Of a stretch of 64,000 nt of DNA, positions 38,111-50,925 are shown one piece after another (positions within the stretch are counted from its first letter, which is position 1; every line of letters begins with the position of its first letter). Location: the NCBI RefSeq assembly GCF_004010195.1, contig NC_057728.1, forward strand, positions 42,078,844-42,142,843. Reading direction: 5' to 3'. The stretch comes from Chiloscyllium plagiosum (lineage: Eukaryota). The position numbers were made by a program, and so were the translations under genes. Below the pieces are notes generated by a model. It was given only the letters and a program-made list of their open reading frames with translations. It ran no database searches and was not told where the DNA came from.

Positions 38111-39781
38111 GATTCGACCATTAGCTTCAGGAAAGTTAATGTGACATTCTTGTCTTAGTGTTGACAGCGTCTAGTAAATTGTCTTGCGATTGTGGGATGT
38201 CTACGGAATGTTTGGGCATCATAACGGCAGCCCTAAATGCAACCTGACTCAAAATCCAGACCTTCATTAGGCTGAGCGAGACTACCTGGACGCTTTCAAA
38301 AAATGTTTTTGTTCGTTCATGGGACGCGAGTATCAACGTCGAAGGCAGCTAACACTTAGTTGTTCTTTAAAAGGTGATGATGAGTTGCCTTCTTGAACCA
38401 CAGCAAACCATGTACCTGCACCACAAGTGATGACTGCAGTTTCAGAGTGGTCTAGAGACATCGTCATAACTGAAGCAAATTGTGTTAATTTCCGCATCTT
38501 TCATTCGAGTTTGCCTTTCTAAGACATACTTATTTTTCTCCATTCACTTCCTATTGCAACAATAGTTTCTTCAGATGTGGCAAGCAAGTAACTGATTTTC
38601 AACTAGGATTTCCAACTTTGGTTAGACATATTCCAAAAGGTTTCATCAAGTGACCTCATTACCTTTTCATAGGCAAACAATCTTTTACCTATTTCCAATG
38701 CTATTACCACAATACATGTGTTGATGGAATAAAATGACAAGAAAAAACTCAATTAATGGAATACCTTTTCCTATTTGTAATGACTACTGGATTAAACCTC
38801 AATTTCTCGATGTTTCATGTTATTTCTAAGAACTTCAAGGGAAATATATTTCTCTGATTTCTGCTTTGATACTGAGACTATTATTTGAAATAAGTGTTGA
38901 ATCATTAAAACAAAATCAAATACAGTAAATTCCATAATTTTCAGAAAAGATTTAAGGGGAAGATATTATTGGATTGAAAGGTTTTTCATTTTAGAATTCA
39001 AGTAAAAGTTTACATCAAGATGCACATGGAAAACAAATCCTATATTCTGAGAATCTTACTGATTACTGGCACAATTTAGTAATCAATACCTGAAAAATGT
39101 TTTATTTTTATCTTTGTGCCTTCTGGGCAAGATCAACATTTATACCTGTCCTTAATTGGGTAGATGGTGCCGATCTGGTTTCTTGGACCGCAGCAATCTA
39201 TGTGATGTCAGCAAACCTACAGTGTTTTTTGAAAGGGACTTTGATGATTTCCAGGAACAGTGAAGGAACAGTGAATATTTATAAATCACAATGGTGTGGA
39301 ATTTGGAGGGAAACATGTAGATGGCTGATAATCCGCAACTTCACTATCTTGATACTTTACTGGTTAAAAATATTTGCATCTCAGCCTTGAATATACTCAA
39401 TAACCTAGCATCACCAACCCTCTATGGTATAGAATTCCACAGATTCTCTATCTTCAGAGAATAAATTCCTTCTCATCTCTCTGCTAATTGGGGAAGCCTT
39501 ACTCTAAGAATAGGTCACAAGGGAAAATAATCTCTCTGCATCAAACTTGTCAAGTCCCTGAGAATCTTGTATGTTTCAACAATGTTACCTCTCGCTCTTC
39601 TAAATGCAAATGAGTATAGACCCAAACTATTCAAACTCTCCTCATGAGAAAATCCCTCCATATCTTGAGTGGAATGAACCTTCTCTGGATTTCTCCAATA
39701 CCAATACATATTGCCTTTTTTAAGGAAACATTTTATAACCTGTTTTATAATTCTGTGTCTTATGATCTTATATTCCACAAC

Positions 39782-39816
39782 CACCTGATGAAGGAGCAGC
39801 ACTTCGAAAGCTAGTG
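39782..39816 (+). ncRNA. Minimal type I hammerhead ribozyme motif (family B); further copies at 41623-41657 and 61958-61992
   Basis: CAC-CUGAUGA-A-GGAG(CAGCA)CUUC-GAAA-GC-UA-GUG: stem I CAC/GUG, palindromic AGCU, predicted CUA cleavage after 39813. Confidence 0.75.
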
Positions 39817-39926
39817 CTTCCAAATAAACCTGTTGGACTATAACCTGGTGTTGTGATTTTTAACTTTGTGAGCTGAGATGTCACCTCTTGTTATAAAACC
39901 TTAAGTTATCTCGAAAAGTTCAAAGA

Positions 39927-41469
39927 ATCATAGAGATGCACAGCATGGAAACAGACTCCTTGGTCCAACTTGTCCATGCCGACCAGATATCCCAATCCAA
40001 TCTAGTCCCACCTGGCCCATATTCCTCTGAACTCTTCCTATTGTACTTCCTATGTTGCAATTGTACTAGTCTCCACCACTTCCTCTGGCAGCTCATTCCA
40101 TACAAGTACCAACCTCTGCATGAAAAAGCTGCCCCTTAGGTGTCTTTTATATCTTTCCCCTTTCACCCTCTCGTTCTGGACTCCCCCACCCCAAGGAAAA
40201 GACCATGTCTATTCAACCTATCCATGCCCCTCATGATTTTATAAACCGCTATAAGGTCACCCCCCAGCCTCCAACACTCCAGGGAAAACAGCCCTAGTCT
40301 ATTCAACCTATCCCTATAGCTCAACTCCTCCAAGCCTGGCAACATCTTTGGTAAGTCTTTTCTGAACCCTTTCAAGTTTCACAATATCATTCCAGTGGGA
40401 AAGAGACCAGAATCATACGCAACATTCCAAAGGTGACCTAACCAATGTCCTGTACTCAATTCTCTGACCAATAAAGGAAAACGTACCAAATGCCTTCTTC
40501 ACTATCTTATCTACCTGCGATTCCACTTTCAAGTAGCTATGAACCTGCTACTTTATCTTTATTCAGCAACACTCCCCAGGAACTTACCATTAAGTGTATA
40601 AGATTTGCTTTCCCAAAATGCAGCACCTCACATTTATCTAAATTAATCTCAATCTGCCACTTCTCAGCCCATTGGCCCATCTGATCATGATCCTGTTGTA
40701 ATCTGAGGTAACTTTCTTCACTGTTCACTATGCCTCCAATTTTGGTGTCATCTGCAAACTTACTAACTATACCTCTTATGCTCACATCCAAATCATTTAT
40801 ATAAATGACAAAAAGTAGTGGACTGATCTTTATGGCACTCCACTGGTCACAGGCCTCCAGTCTGAAAACAACCCTCCACCACCAGTAGTGGTGGCATCTT
40901 GAAAAATGTCCATATTATAGAGGAGGAAGTGTTGGATGTCTTGAAACACATAAAAGTGGATAAATCCCCAGGACCTGATCAGGTGTACCCTAGAACTCTG
41001 TGGGAAGCTAGGAAAGTGATTGCTGGGCCCTTTGCTGAGATATTTGTATCATCAATAGTCACAGGTGAGGTGCCGGAAGACAGGAGGGTGGTTAACATGG
41101 TGCCACTGTTTAAGAAGGGTGGTAAGGACAAGCCAGGGAGCCTGACGTCGGTGGTGGGCAAGTTGTTGGAGGGAATCCTGATGAACAAGATGCACATGTA
41201 TTTGGAAAGGCAAGGACTGATTAGGGATAGTCAGCATGGCTTTGTGCATGGGAAATCATGTCTCACAAACTTGATTGAGTTTTTTGAAGAAGTAACAAAG
41301 AGGATTGATGAGGGCAGAGGGGTGGATGTGATCTATATGAACTTCAGTAAGGCATTCAACAAGGTTTCCCATGGAGACTGGTTACGAAGGTTAGATCTCA
41401 AGGAATACAGGGAGAACTAACCATTTGGATACAGAACTGGCTCAAAGGTAAAAGACAGAGGGTGGTGGT
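39927..41469 (-). mobile_element. CR1 LINE with 5' inversion (3' part minus 39927-40884; inverted 5' part plus 40885-41469)
   Basis: The plus part encodes KSPGPDQVYPRTL...SQHGFVHGKSCLTNL and ends ACAGAGGGTGGTGGT. The minus part starts GGTGGTGGAGGGTTG and continues through KFADDTK to the 3' UTR. Confidence 0.88.
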
Positions 41470-42020
41470 TGACTTAAAAGCAGTTCTGGGATTTACATAT
41501 TAATGAACCAAAACCTGCAACCCATTCTAAAAGATGAAAGACTTAGCAATCCAAGTTTGTTCAATATGACACTGTAATCTTTTGGTATAAATTCTGTGTC
41601 TTATGATTTTAACCTCCACAACCACCTGATGAAGGAGAAGCACTCTGAAAGCTAGTGCTTCCAAGTAAACCTGTTGGACTATAACCTGGCGTTATGTGAT
41701 TTTTAACTTTATACTGCAAAAGACAATGGCAAACCATTGAAGTACTTTGCTCCTAAGTATGGACCATCAATGGAAATCCATGGCCCAAACCTTAGAAAAA
41801 AGGATGGGAGGAAAGATGAACCAACAAAATTACTTGTAGAACAGAAGGTGTATATGACTGAAATATATGTTGTTGAAACTTTGCATCTTGCACTCACCAG
41901 ATTTTGACAAGAGTGCGAAATTTCAAAGAACAACAATATAGGGTGCTGATTGGCTGACAAATCAGCACTGATTGATTGAGTTGATTCCATTGTGAATATA
42001 AGGAACTATTGAACCTTCAT

Positions 42021-42198
42021 AAAAGCAAATTACTGCGGATGCTGGAATCTGAAACCAAAAGAGAAAATGCTGGAAAATCTCAGCAGGTCTGGCAGCATCT
42101 GTAAGGAGAGAAAAGAGTTAGACTCGAAACGTCAGCTCTTTTCTCTCCTTACAGATGCTGCCAGACCTGCTGAGATTTTCCAGCATTTTCTCTTTTGG
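42021..42198. mobile_element. Penelope-like palindromic element, family D
   Basis: Inverted arms plus 33-nt tail; 14-bp TSD TATTGAACCTTCAT at 42007-42020 and 42199-42212. Confidence 0.85.
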
Positions 42199-42507
42199 TA
42201 TTGAACCTTCATGCTTTGTTGATTAAAAAAAAGCACAATGTCTGGGCATGCCCCTTTCTTTGTGCAGGGGACAGATGCCTGTAATGAATTAATGTAGCTT
42301 CTAACAAGCTTAAATAAATCACATTGTGAGTCCAACTGATAATCCAAAATAAATTGTTTGTGTAAGTGCAATGTGACTCATTTATACTGAACTACTTTCT
42401 CACAGGTGATGCTTTATAATAAAGGCACTCAACAATGTAAAAGCTTTCCCTCTTCTTCGACAGAGTCCTCAAACAATCTAATTTTTTTCTAAACTTAGAT
42501 TTATAAC

Positions 42508-42750
42508 ATCAGAGAGTCATACAGCATGGAAACAGACCCTTAAGTCCAAACAGTCCACGTCAAACATGTTCCCAAACTAAACTAGTCCCACCTGCCTGCA
42601 CTTAGCCCACATCCCTTCAAACCTTTCTTATTCATGCATTTATCCAAATATGTTTAAATGTTATAACTGTCCTTCATCCACCACTTTCACTGACACATAA
42701 CTCCACACACGAAACATTCTCTGTCCAAAAGTGTTGCCCCGCATGTCTTT
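42508..42750 (-). mobile_element. CR1 3' UTR fragment
   Basis: AGAGTCATACAGCATGGAAACAGACCCTT is the reverse complement of the CR1 tail. Confidence 0.75.
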
Positions 42751-43849
42751 TTTTATCAATTCTTTCATAACTCTTTTTTTTTCATTCTTCATTGTTTCTT
42801 AAGGGAGATTTATTAGCCAGAAATATTAACAACCCATTCCTGACCTGATTTGAGCCATTTCTCTGTTTATTAAGCACACCATAATCATAATCCCATGTTG
42901 ATATTTGTTCCTGCAACTCACCAACCTTATTAGCTACAGTACAAACGTTGACATACATATATTTTAAGATCTCCTTTGTCAATTATAATATTTTTCTTTA
43001 GCTGGTTTGTGCAATTTTTAGGATAGTTTTCATGTTTTTGCTATTTGAAACACTTTGTTCTCTGATCTAATTTCTGCTGCTTTCTTCTACTTGGCTTTTC
43101 CTTTCTTCAGGATTTAGGGTGTCTCTTTGTCATCCTGTCCCTTTCATTTTTGTGCTTGGCTACTAGTCTGAAGAAGGAATGATGCTGAAAACAGAAACAT
43201 AAATGCCACACCAGAGCAAACATTCAGGACAAACTCTATGCCTTTGCCTTCCTGAAACTGATTTCCTTAATCTAAAGCTATTCATTGACTTACATTTTTT
43301 CTGGACCTCTGATATTATTAATTCCTCAAATGTTGGAGCATTTATACAATTAAGTACAATTAAGTAAATTATTATAATGCCATCTCCTATTACAACATTC
43401 TAGTTCTCTTATACTATATTTTTAATTAAGATTGTAGAACATAAGAAATGGTTAACAAAACAACACTCTAAATTTTAATTAGCAGCATAAAAATATTCAT
43501 TGCATAACTTGGAATGAAATTTAAAAACAGTATGGAGGATTGATACTCAGAATCTTAAAACAATAGATAACTTTGCAATTAAATAAATTAAAACAAATTC
43601 AAAACTAATGCAGTTATGGTATACAGACAGTGTTAGGAAGATTTTAAAACATTTAGGAAGTATTCCACGGATAAGAATCTCACTTTTAAATTTTTAAAAA
43701 TTTTTGAACTTTGGAAATTGTAACTTTAAATAGTCAGGTGATAGATTTTTCTTTGTAGACTAGAGGCTGAGAAAGGCACTCCCAAAACAGTTGTTTTGTC
43801 CTAAGATTTTATAAAAGGGAAATTGTTGCAGCAACAGGAAGTCCTGATC

Positions 43850-44770
43850 AACATCACTAAGAACATAATCATCGTCAGCAGCAATCACTTCACTAACAAA
43901 TATCTTTGTCCACGTAGGAAATTCAATGAATCTGCTCATGGATTTTGTGGGTCCTTTTGTGGCTGATGTGTCTGATCCTAGAGCTGCATCTCCAACTACA
44001 CATTTGGCAGGTGTTTCCAGGAGGTAGAATTTGTCCTTGGCCTTGAAATTGCTGCCTTTCCTTTCCCAGGTTTCCTTTCCAGTGGCAGATCTCAAATAAC
44101 TTTGCCCCCTCATTACAGAAGCTTCCTCCAAATTGGTTTCTTCTGAATGAGGGTGTCCCATGCATTGACACCTATGTGGCATTCCTTGAGAGAAGCTTTC
44201 AGGGAGACTTTGAAATGCTATCTTTGTCCTCCTCTTCTTTGAGGTGTCTTCCTTGAGTTGAGCGAAGATGATTTACTTTGGCAATCAGAATTCTGGCATC
44301 CTAACCACATGGCTGGCTGAGTGGACTTGGTTTCAGATAATCATGGGCTTGATGCTGGTGCTATTAGCTGCTTCAAGGATGCTGACATTAGTAAGCCTGT
44401 CTTCCCAGCTTATGCAGAGAATCCATCTCAAACAGCGTTGATGTACTCCTCAAGGGCCTTGAGATGAGGTCTGTACACAGTCTGAGTTTCAGAGCCTTAA
44501 AGAATAGTCAGAGGAATGACTGCCTTGTACCCAGTGATCTTGGTATCGGCACAGATGTCACGGTCATTGAAGACTTTCATCCTTAGGTGTCCAAAGGTGA
44601 TGCTTGCTGATTGGATACCATGTTGATGCTCCGCCTTAGATGTCAGTCTGAGATGAGAGGTAGCTTCCCATGTATGGGAAACATTTCACATTAAGGAGGG
44701 ATTTTTTTGTTGATCTTAATGGAGTGATGGACCAGAACTTTACCTGGGACAAATTGGTATAGGATTCCTA
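43850..44770 (-). mobile_element. RTE-clade LINE 3' part, degenerate
   Basis: Minus-strand translation retains F.YMGSYLS, LK.LEE...RCLR.IL.I.WED and HVVRMP...LPK, typical of the RTE/BovB ORF2 C-terminus. Confidence 0.7.
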
Positions 44771-44839
44771 TGAGGTAGACATCTTGTGCAGTGCACCTTT
44801 TAACATGAGAATACTGTTGCACATCAATAGACCTTTATC

Positions 44840-45149
44840 AAATCATGAGTGGCATGGATAGGATAATTAGACAAGGTCTTTTCCCTGGGGTGGAGGAGTC
44901 CAGAACTAAAGGGCATAGATTTTGGGTGAGAGGGGAAACATTTAAAAGAGAACTAAGGGACACATTTTTCACGCAGAGGGTGGTGCATGTATGGAATGAT
45001 CTAGAGAAAGTGGTGGCAGATAGTACAATTTCAACATCTAAAAAACGCCAAGTGCGAGCAATGGGACTAGATTAGGTTAGGATATCTGGTCGGCATGAAC
45101 AAGTTGGGTTGAAGGGTCTGTTTCCGCGCTGTACATCTCTATGACTCTA
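44840..45149 (+). mobile_element. CR1 3' end
   Basis: MSGMDRIIRQGLFPG...FFTQRVVHVWNDL. Confidence 0.85.
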
Positions 45150-45439
45150 AGATGGCAATCCATGAAAGGACCAGAATACTGACTACACTACCATTGGCGT
45201 AATTTACAAATTACCCAGCCATTTCACTCACCAAAAAACAGGTATCAGCAAGTTGGGCCCTGAGAAATTCACCAGAACATATTGGATTTTCTACATTGGA
45301 TCTCTGTTCAAATTGTTCCCTTTTGCTTATGTGTTGCACTAAGTGCTTCTAACTAACTCTAAATTTGTGCTTGATCATGAATTAGAGTACTATGTGAGAT
45401 TTCAAGTTTCCCTCTGGCAGCAGATACCTGAATGAAATA

Positions 45440-47720
45440 AGAATGTAAGAAATGAGTACCGATGTAGGCTGTTTGGCCCCTCAAACCAACCCTACCATTC
45501 AACAAGATCATGGCTAACTTACCCCAGGCCTCAACTCCTCTTTCCGCTGGTGCACCATGCCCTCAACTCCCCAATATTTCAAAAAACTATCTACCTTCTC
45601 TTAAAATACTTTCAGTCAACTCGCTGGGGTAGGGAATTTCAGACTTTCATTATCTTCTGGGCGAAGACATTCTTTCACATCTTTGTTTTAAACGAATGTT
45701 CCTGATTCTGTAACTATGTCCCATACATCAAAATTCCCTCAGTAATGGAAATATCTTCTCAACATTTAACCTGTCAAGCCCATCCTCCCTCAGAGGCTTG
45801 TATGTTTAGGTAAGATCACCTCTCATTCTTCTAAATGTGAATGAATAAATGCATAACCTATAAGTAAGCTCTTTCATTCCAAGAATCAACCTAGTGAATC
45901 TTTTTGCTTCCAATTCCAGTATATCTTTTCTTAAATACAGGGGCCAAACCTGTACATAGAACATGAGGTGTGGCCTCACCAACGCCCTGTTCAGTTGTAC
46001 CAAGACTCCTCTATTTTTAAGCTCCAACCTCCTAGCTATAAAGGTCAAAATTCAATCTGACTTCTTAATTACTTGCTGCACCTGCATGCTAGACTTCTGT
46101 GTTTCATTCACAACAACATCCATATCCCTCCGTGCTCTACTTTTTTGGAGTCTCTCTCCATTTAAATATTCGTCTGTCTTTTGATTGTTTCAACAAAGGT
46201 GCATGCTATCACATGTTCATACATTAAACTCTATCTTCCAAGTTTTCGCTCACTCACTCAAACTATCATTATCTCTTTGTGGATTCTTTATGTTTACATC
46301 ACAACATGCTCTCCCACCTATTTTTGTATTGTCAGCAGATTTGGATGTATTACACTCTCCACCTGCCACTATCAATAATTGAGTAATTGAGGCTCTAGGA
46401 CCAATGTTCCCTGTTGTAGTTTTCTTCAGTAATGTGAACTTCCAAGGTCCAGTAAATATGCAGATTAAAATCACCCATGGTGATTGTAATGTCCTTCTTC
46501 CGTGCCTCCATTAATTCCTGATTACACTTCCTCCTGTGGTGAGGCAACTCTTCTGTGGCCTATAGACAACTCCCACCCTGCAACTTCTTTCCTTTACTAT
46601 TTCAACTTGCACCCAAACTGATTCCCCATCATGATCTATTGCACCTAAATCATTACTCACCACCACACTGATACTATGCTTTATTAACAATTCTATGTCA
46701 ACTCCTTTTATTTTGACTATTCTTCTGGAATGTTGAATACTCCTGAATGCTGAATCTTTCTCACTCTGCAATCAAGTCATATTCATTATTTCTGTTTGTG
46801 CTGCCAATGATTCATTTAACTTGTTACCAATGGTGCATGCATTCAGATAAAGAGACATGAGCTTTGACTTTTTACCAATTCAACTTACTCTGATTCTAAT
46901 TTTGGCTGCACTTTTCTGTATATATTTTCTACCCCTTCCTGTCACATCTTCATCATTGTTCACCCCTTCACTGCTCTGCACCTCTCCTTTTGACTTTTTA
47001 AACTTCCCTTCAATTGAACTCCCCCACCCCCCGCAACTAATTAACTAAAAGCTAGTGAGTTTTGAGAAGATTTGTAGCTCAGCTTCAGGTTCTGGATGTA
47101 AGTTTGCTTGCTCAGCTGGAAGGGTCATTTTCAAATGTTTCATCACCATACTGGGTAACATCAGCAGTGAGCCTCCGGTGAAGCACAGGTGTTAGTGACC
47201 CGCTTTCTATTTAAGTTTTTAGGTTTACTTGGGTTGGTGATGTCAATTCTAGAGTTTTTATTTTCAGAGGGTTGTAAATGGGGTCCAAGTCGATGTGTTT
47301 GTTGATAGAGTTCCTGATTAAAGCTCTATCTACAACCCTCATTATATGACTCTGTAGGATTTTGGTCTTTCTTTTCCCAGTATTGGTGCCTGTGGCTCAT
47401 GATTCAGTACCCGATTCTTCTACATCAAACTTTGAGCCATACATGCCAACTTGGACGTGATTCAGATATTATTCTGGAGGTTCTGTTTTTCATGTAGTAT
47501 TCTGGTGATTCTGCTTTTTAATTTAGCCCCAAACTGCTCATGAATGCTCAGCAGAATCTCTTTCTGAATTTTACTTACATTGTTGCTATCTACGTGGACC
47601 ACAACAACTGGATTCTTCCTCTCTAGTCCAAGTATCTCTTCAATCCAAAAGCAATGTTCTGAACCTTGGCATAGGTGGGCAACAGTCATCTTGTTGTTCC
47701 AGAAAACAGTATCTACACCC
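45440..47720 (-). mobile_element. Degenerate CR1 with ORF1 esterase, EN and RT remnants; contains a family-C Penelope-like fragment at about 47056-47240
   Basis: PVVVVHVDSNN (SGNH esterase-like ORF1), ESVWVQV...VGVVYRP (EN), ADNTKIGG and LVRPHL (RT). Confidence 0.7.
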
Positions 47721-48942
47721 CTATTTATGTTACCCCCTTATAACTGTTATATGAGTCAGCACATGGTAGTAGCCTAGAATCTTCTCTCTCCATTGGTGTT
47801 CCATTTGGATCCTTTAAATTCTCGCAATATTATTTATTGCAGCTTCCTTTAAGAAGGACAGTCTATTTTTTTAGAACAGAATACTGGCTCTATCGCATTT
47901 TTTCAATGCAGAACCTCAACATCCTTCTGAGTACAACCACAGCTGACAGCATGAAAAGGGAGCCAGCAGCAAGGAATCCACTCATTCCCATGTTATAATC
48001 AGGAAAATGTGGTAGGAGAACAAAGTTTACACCATCAGTGAAACCAGTCCAGGTAGGTCATAAATTGCCATGGCAAAGAAACATAAACAAACTGTTAGTC
48101 TACAACAGATACTCAAAAAGTCAAGTTGTAAAATAAATCCTGCTTCTTTACCTCAATTCTTATTTATCCTTGAAAAATGAAGAAAGGGAAAAAAGCTACT
48201 TTTTTTAACCTTTAATGGGTCAACTTGCATATTTTTGGCATTACATTTGTTTGTATGTAACTTTTAAAAATTCGAAATCTGACCTCATACACCTTATCTT
48301 CCAGTTTCCCAGCCAAGCCTGCACCACAAAGTCTCCAGTTTTAAAAGCAGGCTGGCTGCCCATATGTCTATTTTCTCCAATTAACAGTTAGTGAGAGGAT
48401 ATAATTTGTTCCTTAAGAGATTCGCCAGTTAACATTTCAATAAATATGGCAACATTTAATTCCTCTTTGAGGTATGGATCTCTGGAAACCAAATCCTGCT
48501 ATTCTTAAAGGCTCATTGAGGTTTAGGTGAATCAATTAACTATTATTGTCTCAATTTGATATAGACAATGAGGCAGGACAGTCCATAAATGGGGTTCATC
48601 TAATTTTAATGCCCAACCTCAATGCCTGGCTCATTGACAAATACGCTCCCTCCAAACTCCCCAGACTGGAGATGGCTTTAAAAAAATCGACTGATGCATC
48701 TGTGGCCTATTCTGTATTCTCGTGTTGATATGTTCATGCTGGTAGGAACGTAGTGTGCATCTGTCCCTTTTGGAGAGATGGACACTTCATTATAACAATC
48801 CAGATTTCTGCAGTATAGTTGTGCATGCAAATGTCTGCACAAACTAACTCTCGGAGAATTGTCTGGAAAATTGAAATTCCCTGTGTGTGGGACCTTCCAG
48901 TTAGTAATTTCACTTATGTCAACAGTTACCCAGAAAATGTTA

Positions 48943-49180
48943 GGGTGGCATGGTGGCTCAATGGTTAGCACTACTGTCTCATATCATCAAGGACCTGTAT
49001 TCGATTGGCCATCTAATCGTGTAATGTCCAAAGATGTGTAGGTTAGGAGAGTCAGTCAAAGTAAATGTGGGTTACAAGGATAGGGTGAAGGACTAGGTCT
49101 GAGTGGGATTGTCTTCGGAGGGCCAGTGCAGACTCAAAGGGCCTTAAGGCCTCCTTCTTCACTGTAGGGATTCTATGATT
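48943..49180 (+). mobile_element. Degenerate HE1-like SINE
   Basis: GGGTGGCATGGTGGCTCAATGGTTAGCACT head and CR1-like tail; V-domain largely deleted. Confidence 0.65.
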
Positions 49181-50789
49181 AAATAAAACCTGCTCTACCT
49201 TCTTGGAAACAATTGAGCTGAACCCTTGATTCACCATTCCCTTCACCACACACCTACCCCCACCCCTACCCCCATCAACTACACCCCTCTGACCAATGAC
49301 ATCTCAGGGCCTAACACCACCTCCAAACCTGACCATCTCCCAATATGACAACTGGCCTACGCCTGGGCAAGCTGACCCTAAATCTTCCCCTGCCTAGTCT
49401 GAAACCATCCCTCTCCCTGATTCAGCCTTGGTGGACCTGATATCCATCCCCCGTGACACAATGTTACATCACAGACGTCTTCTCTTCCTCACCAATCAAA
49501 ACCTTCAACCTAAACCCTGACCTGAACCAACCGGGCACTCAATAATTTGCTGGAGCTGACAACACTCCTGCCCTATCCTGCCAGCCATTCCACCCCAATA
49601 CTATGTCCACCTCCCCCAACCATGATACCACCCTCCAACCCATTACCCACTTACACACCTGACATCTTACTCCCTCATTTACCATACACACTTACCTTTC
49701 CTTAGTCGTTGTCAAAGTTATTCTGGCACTTTAAAACAGTTTAATCCTGAAATATGCAGCAAGTAAATATGAGGAAAATCTTGACTTATAATGCTGCTGT
49801 TGCATTAAGTGGGCTTCTCCCCTTTACCCCCAATGGATTCATTCAGATCAAACTAGACTATGAATTTGGATTGGAAAAATTGCCAGCAATTAAATAAGTA
49901 ATTTTAAAGGGGATTGCTATCTGTGAATTTTTTTTTCAGATGGCAATCGGAAAGCCTTGGCCAATTTTTGGATCAGGTTCACATAGCAAAGCGGGTATTT
50001 GATTTGAATTTCCAAATGGAGACCAGATTTCTGAAGGCTCGCAATATCTGCAGCAAAATGCACACTTGTGCAGACAGTTGCAACAGCTTTGTATTTTTTA
50101 GAGCACTTCTTGTGGGATAAAAGAAACAAGAGTTCACCTCTAATTTCTTAAGCAAATTCTCATCATCCTCTCTGATGATTGCGACGTACCTTTGATGTCA
50201 CAAAGAACCACACCCCCTTCATATCCCACACATCCAATCCAACGCCCCTCTATCAAACTGACTTAGCTGATAATCTTTTTCAGTCTTCTTCAGAGGTCAC
50301 ACTATTCTCAGCAACTGGTCTTTGGTCAATTTTCTTCGTTCAATAATATTAAGAAATCGCTGAATGCACAGCAATAGTGAATGATCCAGACAATATCCCA
50401 GCTACAGAGTGAAACATCTGTACTCCAGAACTAGCTGTGCCTCGAGCCAAGCTGTTACAGTACATTTACTACAAAGTGCCTGACAAACTGGAAAATTATG
50501 TCATGCCCTTAAAAAGCGTGATAAATGCAATTTGGCTTATTATTGCCTCATCTGACTGCTCGTCATCAACAGCAAAGCGGTGGAAGGGATCATCAATCAT
50601 GTGGCACTTCAAGTTGTATTAGGATCACTAGGATGTCCAGATAGATTCCAAACAAGGATACAATGGCTCAATTCCAGTGATGCAATAAGAATATCTGCTG
50701 TTAATGTCAAGGCTGCATTTGACGAAATTTGAAAATAATGATTCCAAGTAAAACTAATCCAATTGGGATTAAGAGAACAGTTCTGCAGA

Positions 50790-50925
50790 ACTTCTGAAGA
50801 AGGGTCACTGGACTTGAAATGTTAACTCTGTTTTCTCTCCAGAGATGGTCCCAGACCTGCTGAGTTTCTCCAGCAATTTCTGTTTTTGTTTCGGATTTCC
50901 AGTATCCACAGTTTTTGTTTTATTT
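50790..50925 (+). mobile_element. Old Penelope-like fragment with hammerhead-like core
   Basis: CUGAAGA-A-GGGUC(ACUG)GACUU-GAAA-UG-UU-AACU at 50794-50827. Confidence 0.6.

Larger units (their letters stand above)
39747..41710 (+). mobile_element. Penelope-like element, family B, tandem pseudo-LTRs (about 39747-39868 and 41587-41710) split by a CR1 insertion
   Basis: Two direct copies of ...CCACAACCACCTGATGAAGGAG...GAAAGCTAGTGCTTCCAA.TAAACCTGTTGGACTATAACCTGG...GATTTTTAACTTT. Confidence 0.75.

Noticed and set aside
49696..49746. 51-bp minus-strand exon-like segment with good splice sites
   Set aside because: Stops in all three frames and adjacent to a C-rich low-complexity or repeat tract.
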